A stretch of 64,000 nt of DNA from Camelus dromedarius. Taxonomy: Eukaryota. The stretch is from assembly GCF_036321535.1 (NCBI RefSeq), contig NC_087447.1, positions 45,448,001 to 45,512,000 on the forward strand, given 5' to 3'. Positions 14,286-26,659 of the stretch are shown here, piece after piece (within the stretch, counting starts at the first letter, position 1; the number at the start of each line of letters is the position of its first letter). The position numbers were made by a program, and so were the translations under genes. Under the pieces are notes generated by a model that did not search any database, had not been told where the DNA came from, and saw only the letters and a list, made by a program, of their open reading frames with translations.

Positions 14286-15005
14286 AAAAGAAAACCTGCA
14301 AATTTTGTTCCCCTTCCTTCCTTCCCATCTTCATTTCTATGTTTCTATTGCTTAGACTCTTCTCTTCCCCACCCCTAATGTCCTAACGAAGCCCGCCTCA
14401 CTATAAGCCCCCTCCTCATGACTACACTTCACTCACATATGTGGCTCTGGCAAAGATCTGTGCCAGGTATGCTCCAAAATTAATCTTTCCTCTCACTCTC
14501 TGAAACCTAAAAATCCCATTTAAAAGAAATTTCAAACAATTAATTTATATGTTAAATGGTTAAAACAATTGGTTTATACATTGAAAGTGGATCCAAAGGC
14601 TTAAGCATCTCAACATTTTATTATAGTATTTTGAAAGAATCACAAACCAATTAAGGAAAGGCTTAATGGGCTATTTGAGTACTATATGGTCTAAACTGTA
14701 ACTCCCAAAAAGGTGTTCTTAACATTTCAGTCATATAAAAGGAGGGAATAGGATAATGAATACTTCATAAAAAATAAAAGTAAATGGAATAAAAGTGTAC
14801 TGTACAATGATTAGCATCCTGAACTGCAGCAGAGTCAAGGGGTGAAGAGACAATTGTTTCTAAAGGCCCAGATACCATCTCAAAAAATAAGAAACTTAAC
14901 TAGATTTATTTGAGAATAGGGACTGGGGGAGGAAGGGAGCCACTTGTCATTCACTTATTTTATATCTATGTCTCTTGCTATACTTGCTATATATTTTTTA
15001 TTTGT

Positions 15006-15008
<3 letters not shown>

Positions 15009-15054
<46 letters not shown>
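15009..15054 (+). repeat. (CA)23 microsatellite
   Basis: Perfect dinucleotide run read directly. Confidence 0.97.
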
Positions 15055-15055
<1 letters not shown>

Positions 15056-15589
15056 CCTAATCCTAATGTTATATCTTCTAGCCTGCTTTTTCACCCAGCA
15101 TCCTCTTTGCTTCTATCCACATTCATTTGGAACTAAAGAATTGTAATCAATAAATAATCATCCCTCTATTTTCTGAAGAACTATGGATGCCTGATTTATA
15201 ATGTGAAAACATTTATTTATTTATTTTTTTGCTGCTGTGGTGATACCTTGAAATATGAAGTATACAGCCTAATTTTCAATCAGTGATTGAAGTAGGATAG
15301 AATATTTTTCACTTCGCCATATGCTTGGCATATCCATTTAAGAACCCAGCTCAGTTTGGCATTGCACATGGTTTAGGTTTTTCATGCTCATTCTACAACT
15401 TTAAGGAATGTATTGCTGAACAGACAGGGATTGATTTAATTCACCTGTGTATATTCAATGCCCAGCATGGGACATTTGTCTATTTTACACTGAGATATGA
15501 TCAATGAAAAATCTGATGGCATAGTTTTGTACCTAGTTTTATTTTTATAGGCAGTGTTGAATGATAGTCAAGATCAGAGCTTTCAAGTT

Positions 15590-15790
15590 TATCCTATCTG
15601 ATGTTGAATCCCATGGGAACTAGGGCAAGAGGCTAAAAGTCTGGAAATTAATTTTTTTCTATAGGGATAAGAACAGTATCCATGTCATGGGATATTGTAA
15701 AGGTCTTCTCAATGGGCTACTGTGAGGATTTCACAAGTTAATACATGTAAAGCACTATGACACATATTACACATTTATTAAATGCTATTA
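15590..15790 (+). mobile_element. MIR SINE remnant
   Basis: gggcaag..gggataagaacagtatcc..tgtgaggatt..aatacatgtaaagcact..aaatgctattatt. Confidence 0.55.
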
Positions 15791-15986
15791 TTTTTCAAGA
15801 TACAAGATTTAATCCTTCCTTGGAAAGAGTCAGAGTTCAATTTTAGGTTAATCTATCTCACTGTCCTTTCAGAGAAAACATATTGGGAAAAAAAATCGGA
15901 CCTGACGTCATTCAGCCTAAGGCAAATCCTCAGTCATCCCTCTGGTCTTTCATTAAAAGCCCCAGGTTTGGAGTAAGTGGCCACAG

Positions 15987-16937
15987 ATGGCCTTTCACAA
16001 TTACACCAGTCCTCAGGATATGTCGTATGTCCTGATTGGAATCCCAGGACTACAAGATTTGCACACCTGGATCTCCATCCCTATCTGTTTCATGTACATT
16101 GTGGCTCTTGTAGGTAACATCTTCTTGATCTTCCTGATCGTGACCGAGCGGAGTCTCCAGGAGCCCATGTATCTCCTCCTTTCCATGCTGGCCTTGGCAG
16201 ATGTCCTGCTCTCCACAGCCACAGCCCCCAAGATGCTGGCCATCTTCTGGTTCCATTCCATGGGTATATCCTTTGGTAGCTGCGTATCCCAGATGTTCTT
16301 CATACACTTTATCTTTGTGGCAGAATCTGCCATTCTCCTGGCCATGGCATTTGACCGCTACGTGGCCATCTGTTACCCACTGAGATACACTGCAATCTTA
16401 ACCTCCTCAGTCATTGGGAAGATTGTCATAGCTGCTGTGGTTAGAAGCTTTATCATATGTTTTCCATTCATCTTCCTGGTACATCGACTTATCTATTGTG
16501 GGAGAAACATCATTCCCCATTCCTACTGTGAGCACATGGGCATTGCCAGATTGGCATGTGATGATATCAATGTCAACATCATTTATGGCCTGACGGTGGC
16601 CCTACTGTCTACAGGAATGGATATAGTGTTCATCATTACATCCTACACAATGATCCTTTGCACAGTGTTTCAGATACCTTCCTGGACTGCCAGATTCAAG
16701 GCCCTTAACACATGTAGTTCCCACATCTGTGTCATACTTATATTCTATGCCCCAGCATTCTTTTCATTTTTTGCCCATCGCTTTGGGGATAAAACTATCC
16801 CTCATCACATCCACATCCTAGTAGCCAACCTCTATGTGGTGGTGCCCCCTATGCTCAACCCCATTATTTATGGGGTGAAGACCAAACAGATACAAGACCA
16901 AGTGGTTTTGTTTTTCTCTCCCATTAACACATGCTAA
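15987..16937 (+). CDS. OR52Z1: Olfactory receptor family 52 subfamily Z (OR52Z1-like), intact, 316 aa
   Basis: Intact 7TM ORF with N-glycan sequon NYT, PMY, MAFDRYVAICYPLRY, HSYCEHMG, KALNTC, HRFG and PPMLNPIIYGVKT. Subfamily assigned from recalled similarity (GNIFLIFLI.TERSL, KTIPHHIHILV). Confidence 0.92.
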   Translation: MAFHNYTSPQDMSYVLIGIPGLQDLHTWISIPICFMYIVALVGNIFLIFLIVTERSLQEPMYLLLSMLALADVLLSTATAPKMLAIFWFHSMGISFGSCVSQMFFIHFIFVAESAILLAMAFDRYVAICYPLRYTAILTSSVIGKIVIAAVVRSFIICFPFIFLVHRLIYCGRNIIPHSYCEHMGIARLACDDINVNIIYGLTVALLSTGMDIVFIITSYTMILCTVFQIPSWTARFKALNTCSSHICVILIFYAPAFFSFFAHRFGDKTIPHHIHILVANLYVVVPPMLNPIIYGVKTKQIQDQVVLFFSPINTC

Positions 16938-16970
16938 AATGAAGAATAATGCTAAATATTGGGTATTTTG

Positions 16971-16974
<4 letters not shown>

Positions 16975-17014
<40 letters not shown>

Positions 17015-17016
17015 AC
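16975..17016 (+). repeat. (AC)n microsatellite about 40 nt after the OR52Z1-like stop codon
   Basis: About 17 perfect units followed by an interrupted end. Confidence 0.95.
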
Positions 17017-17989
17017 TATTTAAAAGTCTGTTTCAATGAGGCATAGGAATAAATGAAATTCATGAAAACTCTCAAACACACTTAAAGGGATAGAATCTGC
17101 CAGAAATGCCAAAAGCCTATACATTTTCCTAAGGCACTTAAAGATTTTGAAAAACTATTTTATTTTATTTTTAATTTTTAACACCTTTATTGTGGTATGG
17201 TTCTTATACAGTAAACTGTACATATTTCAGATGTATAATTTAATGAATTTTGATAGATGTATACACTAAATTGTCAATTCTCCTAGACATAATGTTATGC
17301 ATTTTAACTTATTATAAAGGATAAATAAAGATAACTGAGAAAAATATTTTAGGATTTAACCCAGATGGACATCTCCTGTGTAGAGCAGAGAAATGGGAGT
17401 GATGGGTCACTGAGCTTTCTTATAGACAGTTGAAATTCTGCTGAAATACTAAACACTCCTACGGCAATCAGCAAATACTTGGACCAATGGCATGAAGCCA
17501 CTAAATTATAATTCTTTTTGTCTGCATTTATTTCTTAAGTTAAAATGTGAGCTGTGAAATCAGATATTTTCTGATTCACTGATACCTCATAAAGTCTACT
17601 GTATAAAATAAGCACATAGTATATATTTATTGAGTTAATTTTCCTACACATTGAGGATTTTAGGCCCAAATCATCAATGGAGACTTCATAGAGGGACTAA
17701 AGGACTGAAAAGTTCTATACTCAAGCCAAAAAAATTAAAGGCAAAGAAGATTAAATAGACTATTATGCAGAATCTTATATAAAAAATTCTCTAAACACCC
17801 CAAGTGTAATTATCTATAAGCTGTCTCCAGTCTGTACCTTAATTCCTTCACTTCAAGAAAATATTTTTATAATCTCTCCTTTTTCAAGGTCTAGTACATC
17901 ATGAGAATGTGATATTTGACATTATTTGCACTTAAAGAAAAACCAAAAGAATAAACATTGAGTCATTCTCTTGAACATTCCAGATTAGT

Positions 17990-18525
17990 TTTTTCCCTTC
18001 CTTTTCAATTTTTTGGAATCATTTGAGGCGAGGCATTAACTCTCAACTGTTTGATAGAATTCACCTGTGAAGCCATCTGGTCCTGTACTTTTGTTTGTTG
18101 AGAGTGTTTTTGCTTGTTTGTTTTTGTTTTTATTTCTGATTCAATTTAATAACTGGAAATTAGTCTGTCCCAGAGTGTTTACCAGAGGCAAGAGGTGGGA
18201 GGAGGGGAACTGGATAAAGGTAGTCAAAAGTTACAAACTTCCAGTTATAAGATAAATAAGTACTAGTGATGTAATGTACAACATGATTAATGTACTTAAC
18301 CCTGCTGTTTGTTACATACAAAAGTTGTTGACAGAGTAAATCCTGAGTTCTCATCACAAGGAAGAAAATTTTTTAGTTTTTTATTTTGTATCTGTGTGAG
18401 ATGATGAATGTTCACTAAACTTTCTGTGGTAATCATTTCATGATGTATGTAAGTCAAATCATTATGCTGTACACCTTAAATTTATACAGTGCTATAAGTC
18501 AATTATATCGCAATGAAACTGGACC
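17990..18525. mobile_element. L1: antisense ORF2 piece (~17990-18160) joined to a sense 3' UTR (~18180-18525)
   Basis: tagaattcacctgtgaagccatctggtcctg is antisense ORF2; caaacttccagttataagataaataag..gctgtacaccttaaatttatacagtg is the sense 3' end. Confidence 0.75.
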
Positions 18526-18569
18526 AAAATTATTAATATGATTTTATTGTTCTTTTACATGCTGTTTTT

Positions 18570-19500
18570 TTAAATAATTTTTTACTGTAGTAAAATATAT
18601 ATACCTTATAATGTGTTATATTAATCATTTTAAGTGTACAATTTAGTGACAACATCATACCTATTAAACAACAACTTCCCATTTCTCTGGTAACCTCTTA
18701 TATACTTTATAGTTCTATAAACTTGCTAATTCTAAATATTTAATATGTGGGATCATACAATATTTATTGTTCTGTACCTGGCATATTTCACTCAACATAA
18801 TGTTTTCAAAGTTCACCCATGTTGTAGCATATATTCATATCTCATTCCTTTCTATAGATTCATAATACTCTATTTATATGTATATGCTGCATTTTTTATT
18901 CATTGATCTGTTGTCATACATTTACTCTGGTTTCCACTGTCTGCCTATTGTGAATAATGCAGCAATGAACATTCATGTACAAGTATCTGTTTTATCCTTG
19001 TTTTCAATTTTTTGGGTATATATCCAGGAGTGGAATTACTGGGCTATATGGTAATTCTATCCTTAACTTTTTTATGAACTGCTAAACTGTTTTCCGCAGA
19101 ATTTGCACCATTTTACATTTTCACCAGCAACGTGTGATTGTTCCAATTTTTCTACATCCTTGCCAACACTTGTTAGTTTTTTAAAAAATAGTTCAGTAGG
19201 TGTGGTGTGGTATCTCATTAAGGTTTTAATTGATATTTCATATGCCATTGGTCATCTGCATATATTCTTTAGAGAAATTACTACCCAAGTCTTTTGCCTA
19301 TTTTTCAATTGGGTTGTTTGTCTTTTTGATTTGTGGCTGACTGAATTCTATATATATTAGGGGTATTAAATCCTTATCCAATGTGTAATTTGCAAATATT
19401 TCCCCCACTTTGCAGGTTGTCATTTCACTTTGATAGTGTCATTTGATGTACAAAATATTTTAAATCTGATGAATTCCAATTTATCTTTCTTTTTTAACAT
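18570..19500 (-). mobile_element. L1MA/L1MB-type 3' end
   Basis: ttcactcaacataatgttttcaaagttcacccatgttgtagcat; ctattgtgaataatgc; ggagtggaattactggg..atggtaattctat. Confidence 0.85.
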
Positions 19501-20149
19501 TTATTATATACACTACTTTTCCTTTGAGATTTATAAGGACACCATTTATGCACCTCTGCTTTCTCTAATTATAGTCAGGTAGTGATGACCTCTAAATATT
19601 TCTTCAAGAGGACCTTTATAAAATGGGTCTCCACTTAACACCAGTCTATCTGACCAGGAAATAGGTCCAACTGATTTTACTCTGCTGAAGACCAAGAATG
19701 CCAGCTTGGTGTGTGCTTCATAATTATACATCTATACTTTTGGTAAACAAATTAGAATTGATGATCCTTTAAAAAATATTCAGTAGCCTAATGACCCACC
19801 TCCCAAACATAGATAGGTAAAAATCTAAGTGTGGAGGTATTTTCAAATGTTAAGTTGAAAAAATTTGTCTACCTATCCCGGAGCTAATTAAGGTGCCTTT
19901 TCAAAAGTATATAGAATGAACCAAAATATCAATAAAACATTCTGGCCCTATGTATCTGGAACAGAGTAAGAACAGCTGAGTTGGAAATATTTTATAGGAG
20001 CTGATTTAATGAAGGTGATAATTAAATTATTTCAAGTAGATAGAATTACTAACACATTTTTATAGTTTGAGGGTGAAAAGGACCCAGGATAGAACTCTGG
20101 GGAGCACAAAAAGGGTGAGGGGGAAATAATTGAAGAAGATCAAGAGTCA

Positions 20150-20320
20150 CCAACTACCAGTTATAAAATTAAAAAATCACTAGGATGGAACATATAGCAC
20201 AGGAGATATAGTTAATATTTTATAATAATTTTGTATGGTGTGTAATTTATAAAAATATCAAATTGCTTTCTTGTGCAGATGAAACTAATATAATATGTAA
20301 GTTAACTATACTTTGAAAAC
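20150..20320 (+). mobile_element. Short L1 3' end
   Basis: ccagttataaaatt..tatagcacaggagatatagttaatat..gaaactaatataatatgtaagttaactatactt. Confidence 0.7.
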
Positions 20321-20325
20321 TCAGT

Positions 20326-20374
20326 AGAAGAGAAGAGAAGAGAAGAGAAGAGAAGAGAAGAGAAGAGAAGAGAA
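20326..20374 (+). repeat. (AGAAG)9-10 pentanucleotide repeat at the L1 tail
   Basis: Perfect run read directly. Confidence 0.95.
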
Positions 20375-21776
20375 TCAAAGTGGTAAACTATTCAGAATTG
20401 TTTGTTGGTGAGTCAAGAGTAAACTGAAGATTAGCTCAGATGGCAGTCTGACCTCTGAATCAATTCCATTCAATAGGAATCAGAACCATTGGTTCACTCT
20501 CTATCACAGAAGAAATTCTAGGAAAAGCACTTAGGGTTCATTCCTTACCTTTTGATCCTTATCACTTATTCTTCCTAAAATCCATTATGAATGCCCTTTT
20601 CCACACAACCGAAAGTATTCTACCTAAATTTGCCAATGTCTCAATCTTACATCAAGTATCCTAAAGCTTAGTTACATAGAAGAAAGTCTACAAACCAGGT
20701 AAAACATGTCAAGAAGAAAGGTCCTGTGTGCATAAATCTATCTTAGAATTTATCATTTATTCTTAAGACAAAAGACATACTAATTCATTTTCACATATTT
20801 CTAAAAATGTGAAGGCACATATATCTTTTTTTTAAAATCAAGACCACAAGGCATGATTCCTTCGCATATATGAGGCATATAACAACTGCTTCTTAAAGGA
20901 AAAAGGAAGAAAAGAGACATGGTATTAAGAGGGATGGAGGAAAATTTAGTCAAATGTGCAAACTTGCTCAGAGCTCAGTATGGTAGGATTTAGAAACTCA
21001 GCATCATAAACATAAGGATACAAAGGCTACAAAATCATGAAACATAAGCAGTAAGTCAAATTTATCATTGTGCAAGTATTTTATAGCATTATATTGATAA
21101 GACTGTAGGTTTTGATAACAATTGATGAATACATAAAGAACTAAACAACGGAGGTAATAGAAAAAGTATTAATGTGTAAATGGGGACACATTATCCTCAT
21201 GATTTTTATGCATGCAATTTTCTGAATAACCTTGGAAATATACTAAAATTTTTAGACTTTATTGTCCCATCATATGCAAAATGTTTTATTGTTTTCTTTT
21301 ATTTCAATAAAAACATGGTTAAAATATACTTCCTCTGAGTTTTGTTGTTAACATGACTGTTTTGATCAAGAAAAGAGTCCAAACTTCTTTTAATTGAATG
21401 CCTCAACACTCCAGAACAGTAAGCTAGCAAGAAATCCATAATTTGTGAATCCTAATGCAGAAGGATTTATAAAGGACATAGCTCAACCTGGGACTAAAAC
21501 ATAAAAGAGAAAAGGAAAAAAAATATATGTTCATTAATATGCTCTTTCTACATTTATCACTCATTAAACCGGTGGGATCTAAAACCCTATTTTTTCACTA
21601 TACTTGTCATGAGCTATGATGATCTGTAAATTAGCTATCATTCTGGTAACTATCACAAAATGATTATATAGAAACCTCAAACATCTCAAATTACATGGAT
21701 TTTTGTTGTTTTATTTTGATTTGAGATATTGTTACTTGCACAGAGTAAAGCCTGAAGATATTAATTACAATGCATT

Positions 21777-22708
21777 TTATGAACACATTTTTACCATATG
21801 GATACAGATCTGCTTGGTCTTTGCACCACAGACAAGGGGATTGAGAAATGGAGGGACCAGCAAGTAAATGCTAGAAAAGAGGATATGGATGTAAGAGGGG
21901 ATGTGAGTCCCAAATCTATGTGTGAAGGAGAAGAAAGCAAGAAGGTAGAAATGGAGGAAGACACAGATGTGAGCGATGCAAGTATTGAATGCTTTCAACC
22001 TAGCCTCCTTCTGGGGCAGACGAAAAACCGTGATACACATCTGTATGTAGGACAATGTGATGAACATGAGGTCAAATCCCGCCACAATGAAGGCCTCAAA
22101 CAAGCCATAGATTTTATTAAGCTGGACATCTTCTGCAGCCAGTTTCACAATGGCCATGTGCTCACAGTAGGAGTGGGAGATGACTGTTGTATGATAAAAT
22201 TGCAAACGGTACTTTATCAGCACCATGCATGGGGCTACCAGAATGGCAGCCCTGAGTGTTACTACAGCCCCAGTTTGAGGGACTAGCTGGTGGGTGAAGA
22301 TGGCAGCATGTCTCAGAGGATAACAGATGGCCACATACCGGTCCAGGGCCATGGCCAGCAGGATGCCTGATTCAGTGCATTATAATGTGTGGATGAGCCA
22401 CATTTGAAGCAAGCAGGAATCAAAATAAATCTCTGGTACATGAAACCAGAAGATTCCAAGCATCTTGGGCACAATGCTGGTACTAAGTGCAATATCTGTG
22501 ACTCCGAGCATACCTAAGAAAATGTACATGGGCTCATGGAGGCTGCCTTCTGATTTGATGATGATCTAAGCAGGGAATTTCCAATCACAGCAATGACATA
22601 CATGGCACAGAATGGAAATGCAATCCAGCACTGCACAGACTCGAGGCCTGGGATCCCTAATAGTGTCAACACAGAGGGCATGAAGACTGTGCTGTTGGAA
22701 AAGGACCT
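21777..22708 (-). pseudogene. OR52A1: OR52A1-like olfactory receptor pseudogene
   Basis: Minus-strand pieces (SNSTVFMPSVLTLLGIPGLESVQCWI.. and MALDRYVAICYPLRH..HRFG..PPFLNPLV). Start codon reads AGG (22708-22706); 1-nt deletion near 22567; in-frame TAA at 22382-22380; one-codon loss in FFSF(F)THRFG; NPxxY tyrosine changed to Cys. Symbol rests on recalled similarity; it could be a close paralog. Confidence 0.88.
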
Positions 22709-23810
22709 AGAGTCCTTGGGTCTCACGATGCAACTGAAATAAGTTAGTGCTACTGTTTCTCTTCTACTTTCTAATTTCATCCAGAATCATCATTTTGCTA
22801 GAATTTTGTTGAACTCTGATTATATCATGCATTATGTTTACATATAGAAGGGAAAAGACAGATCCTTAGTCACATCAGCATTTTCAGGAACGACATCCAC
22901 AGCACTGCACCACAATAGGGTGCTATAGCATGACAAGCCAAACACGTCAGAACCAGCAAAATACCTGGTCAAGGGAATCAAATGCTGACCTCTGTTATTC
23001 TTTTCTGGACCAGTGGACAAAATAGACTTGTTCATTTTGTTTGGAAATTTCATTTTAATCAGCTGGTGAATCTCTTCATATCCCATATCCAGGTCCCTTA
23101 GGACTCTATTATTCCCAGTTGTCTTTAATTCAGGAACTGTTGGTTTGGACCAGCAAATTCTCAGACTTTGATCTGTATATTAGGATAAGAGACTACCTAT
23201 GAAGGGAAATAGATATAGAAACAGGTGACACCCAAGATCATAATCTCTCTATATAGCTATCTCTCTCTCTGTCATTTCTATCTATATAAAATGGATGTAT
23301 TTTCAAAAGAAAGTGAAGGAAGAGCTTAAGGAAAGATCATTCAAGTCCATGTTTTTTGGTGATTCTGGGTCAAGTTTCTTACTAATTTTACGTGCCTTAA
23401 AATTAGCTGTGTCTTAAAATAGTTAAAATTCCATAATGCATATTATAGAATACCTAGAGAGGAAAAATCTCTGTGAAGCAAGCGCATTGGCAACAGCAAC
23501 ATCTGAGGGCAAGATGACTCATTCTTGATGACTGCAGAATATAGAAAATAGGTGAAATGGGTAACTTAGCCAGAGAAAGGCTATTTTATTGGAGTCAACA
23601 TTTCAGAGCTACAATGAGCATGATTTTTGACCAATTTAGTCTCATTCATTCTTAATGAAACATAGATCATAAAGAACATTTGAATCATTATATGACCTGA
23701 GACATAAGAAATTAATAGAAAATAAACCGTTGAACACATTCTCTAAAAGGAGTCAAGTGTAGAAATACATATGGAAGACAGATGGCAGGTCTTAAGACAC
23801 CTGAAATGAT

Positions 23811-23824
23811 CCAGCAGAGGGCTC
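23811..23824 (+). promoter_or_regulatory. Candidate CTCF binding site
   Basis: CCAGCAGAGGGCTC has one mismatch to the core consensus CCASYAGRKGGCRS; best match I noticed in the window. Motif only. Confidence 0.5.
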
Positions 23825-24639
23825 TAGAGCAACTGATGGACATTAATCACTTCTCAATTCACTGACTACTATTTTTCCTTAAAATTTCAGCTGGAAATCC
23901 TTCTCTGACCAAAATTAGTATTTTTTAAAAATTATGTATTCTGAGTCAAGATTCTAAGATTATACATTAGAGAACTGTTTGTGATTATGTGAAAAGTAGA
24001 ATTAGCTTATTTTATTGTTTGGCAGACTCTCCAGGAATGTTGCTTTTGATCAGTCAGATCATGATCAACTAAGTATTTACTAAATGTTACCAAAAATTCC
24101 AGTAATGCAGGAAGCAGCTGTGGTTTATGCTGGTAAACCTCAAGTGAAAGAACACACTCAGCCGGGCTCTTCTATGACAGAAGGAAGGCTGTATCAGCTG
24201 ACATGTATTTAGGATAAACTAGACAGTCAGCTAAGTACCTTGATTTCCACAGTTTTTCTCCCCAGTGCTTAATTCTTTGACTCTTCCATCCATAGATCAC
24301 TGACTCTAGTGGCAGTAAAGTTTTTCCTCTTCAAATACAATCAGAATTAGAACAGGATCCTTTAATAAAAATCATATTTTCTGACTTGTTCAAGAGGTAA
24401 GAAGATGATGTACGAGCATCATCAGACAAGAACAGATCGTGGGATGGCAGGCAAAGAGTACATCTTTTACTACAGGTCTCATGGGATGGGCTTATCATTG
24501 GAAAGGCTGGTAATGAAAAATTATGGGATTAAATTTGGGAATAGTGAGAATTACTTGCCAATTTTTCTTGGAACCTGGGTCTGCTACTTCCTGACACCTG
24601 AAGAGTATTACCAGTTCTTCATTTCACTATCATTCATCA

Positions 24640-24830
24640 CTTACCATTCAATAACTCTTCTGAGATTTCAGCCTCATTTCCTTGCATTATGGGTTCTGCC
24701 ATGCTTCTTCTTTCTCTGCACCCTCTGTAACAGCACCTCGTTAATGTTATAAACTCTAATCCACTTGGTGCTGGGACGCTCTGTCAATACATGGACATCT
24801 CTGGGATAGCCTTTCATGCTTTTCTCTTGT
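24640..24830 (-). promoter_or_regulatory. Putative first exon / promoter of the OR52A1-like pseudogene
   Basis: Donor TGAATG|GTAAGTGA at 24645/24644, TATA-like element near 24750, O/E-like TCCCAG motifs upstream. Confidence 0.4.
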
Positions 24831-25624
24831 CTCTGCAATGTAGACACTCTCCATCATCTGTTCCCATGTCTGAGATCATGCTGGTGTGTTCTTCCTCTAA
24901 GAAAACTCATGGAATGTCTGTGTTATTCTGAGATGAAGCATCAATTTATTGAGCTCAAATTGGAGAAGAAAAGCCTTATCCACCAATTTTAATATTCCCT
25001 AATGAATATATGGAGAAGAGGGACTTATGAATATGGAATGAGGAATTTATTAGTCACTAGACAAAACCAAAAGGGACCCAACATGTTTTAATTAAGCGCT
25101 CTTTAATTCATCCACACTTAATATCCCTAAAATCATTTCTACAACTTGTAAAAATCTCCTTGTTTTCTCTTTTGACTTTTCCCACAGGCTAAATGTAGAG
25201 AAATTAATATACACAAGATATATTATTATAAAGGGAGCTCTTTTTGTACTGTCCTTATTTGCAAAACAGTAAAGTCCTCTTAAAGATTGGCATGTTCCTA
25301 TGCCAAGTGAGTTCTAATGATACAAATATCTTTGTGACCCTCCCTTTCACTGAGGTATTCTGGAAAAAAACTTGTATCCATAATTGAGCTTTTATTAGAC
25401 TATTACATCGAATTCTCCTGCAGGATCATTATTCAGATTTTTACATTATTGAATCCAATTCTGTAAGTTCAGTAATTTCTCAGAATGACCAATTATGATG
25501 GAATTTTTTAAATCCTATCATATTGAGCTCTGATAAAGTTGTTGCATATTTGAATAATTTTTCTCCATCTTCCCCTTTTCCTTTAAAAAGCGTTCTTTGT
25601 ATGCCACATATATGTGGAGGAATT

Positions 25625-26390
25625 ATGGTGTTTGAAAAGCATAAGTGTTAACTCTTTTCTAAATGCTTGTAAGACTTCACCATGAAGCCATCTGGTCTCA
25701 GACTTTTGTTTCTTCAGAATGTTTGGTTACTGAATCATATTCATTACTTGTAATTGGCTCGTTCATATTCTCTGTTTCTTCCTGGTTCAGTCTTTTGAGA
25801 TTATATATTTCTAAGAAATTTTCCATTTCTTCTAGATTGTCCATTTCATTGGTGTATGACTGTTCATAATAGTCTCATGATCCTTTGTATTTCTGCAACA
25901 TCAGTTGTAACTTTTTTTATTTCTGATTTTATTGATTTGGGTCTCCTCTCTTTTTTCTTGATGAATCTGTCTAAAGGCTTATGAATTATGTTTAGTTTTT
26001 CAAAGAATCAGCTGTTGGTTTTATTGATTTTTTTTCTTTTTTGCCTCTATTTCACTTATTTCTGCTCTGATCTTTATGATTCCCTTCCTTCTAACTTTGG
26101 GTTTTCTTTGCTTTTCTTTTTCTATTTCCTAATGTATAAGGTCAGGTTGTTTATTTGAGATTTTTCTTGTTTCCTGAGATATGATTGTATTGCTATAAAC
26201 CTGCCTCTTAGAACTGCTCTGCTGTATCCCATAGATTTTGGTTTGCTGTGTTTTAATTTTAATTTATCTCCAGGTGTTTTTTGATGTTCATATAGTTAAC
26301 AGTAGTGTGCAGCACACTTAAAAATTGTTAAGAATGCTGATTTCATGTTATGTGTTGTTATTTTACTTTACCAAAAAAAAAAAAAAAAAA
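25625..26390. mobile_element. L1: antisense ORF2 (~25625-26285) joined to a short sense 3' end with poly(A)
   Basis: catgaagccatctggtct..tttccatttcttctagatt..cctcttagaactgct..gtatcccatagattttgg, then atatagttaacagtagtg..A18. Confidence 0.8.
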
Positions 26391-26659
26391 GAGTCAGCAT
26401 TATTATTTCCCTTGAAGAATTGGTGACTGTAAAGGAGAAAGGGGGGTTGGATTGCTTCCAGGGCCAAGAAATGTTACGCTTCTTCATGGGGTGTTTACGT
26501 ATTACATCTACCTTGTGAAAATTATTTAAGAAACTCTATCACATATGATTTTTGTATGTATGTTAAAATTCAATAAAGCCTTCTGTAAAATGTTACACAA
26601 ATAATTGCTCAGAAATAAAACAAACAAAAAACCCAAAAAGAACAAAAAGAAATACTGAG

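Noticed and set aside
16013..16383. ORFs overlapping OR genes on the opposite strand or another frame (also 2399-2716, 21798-22286, 34480-34797, 49853-50756, 63149-63343)
   Set aside because: Shadow ORFs caused by OR codon usage; no independent protein features.
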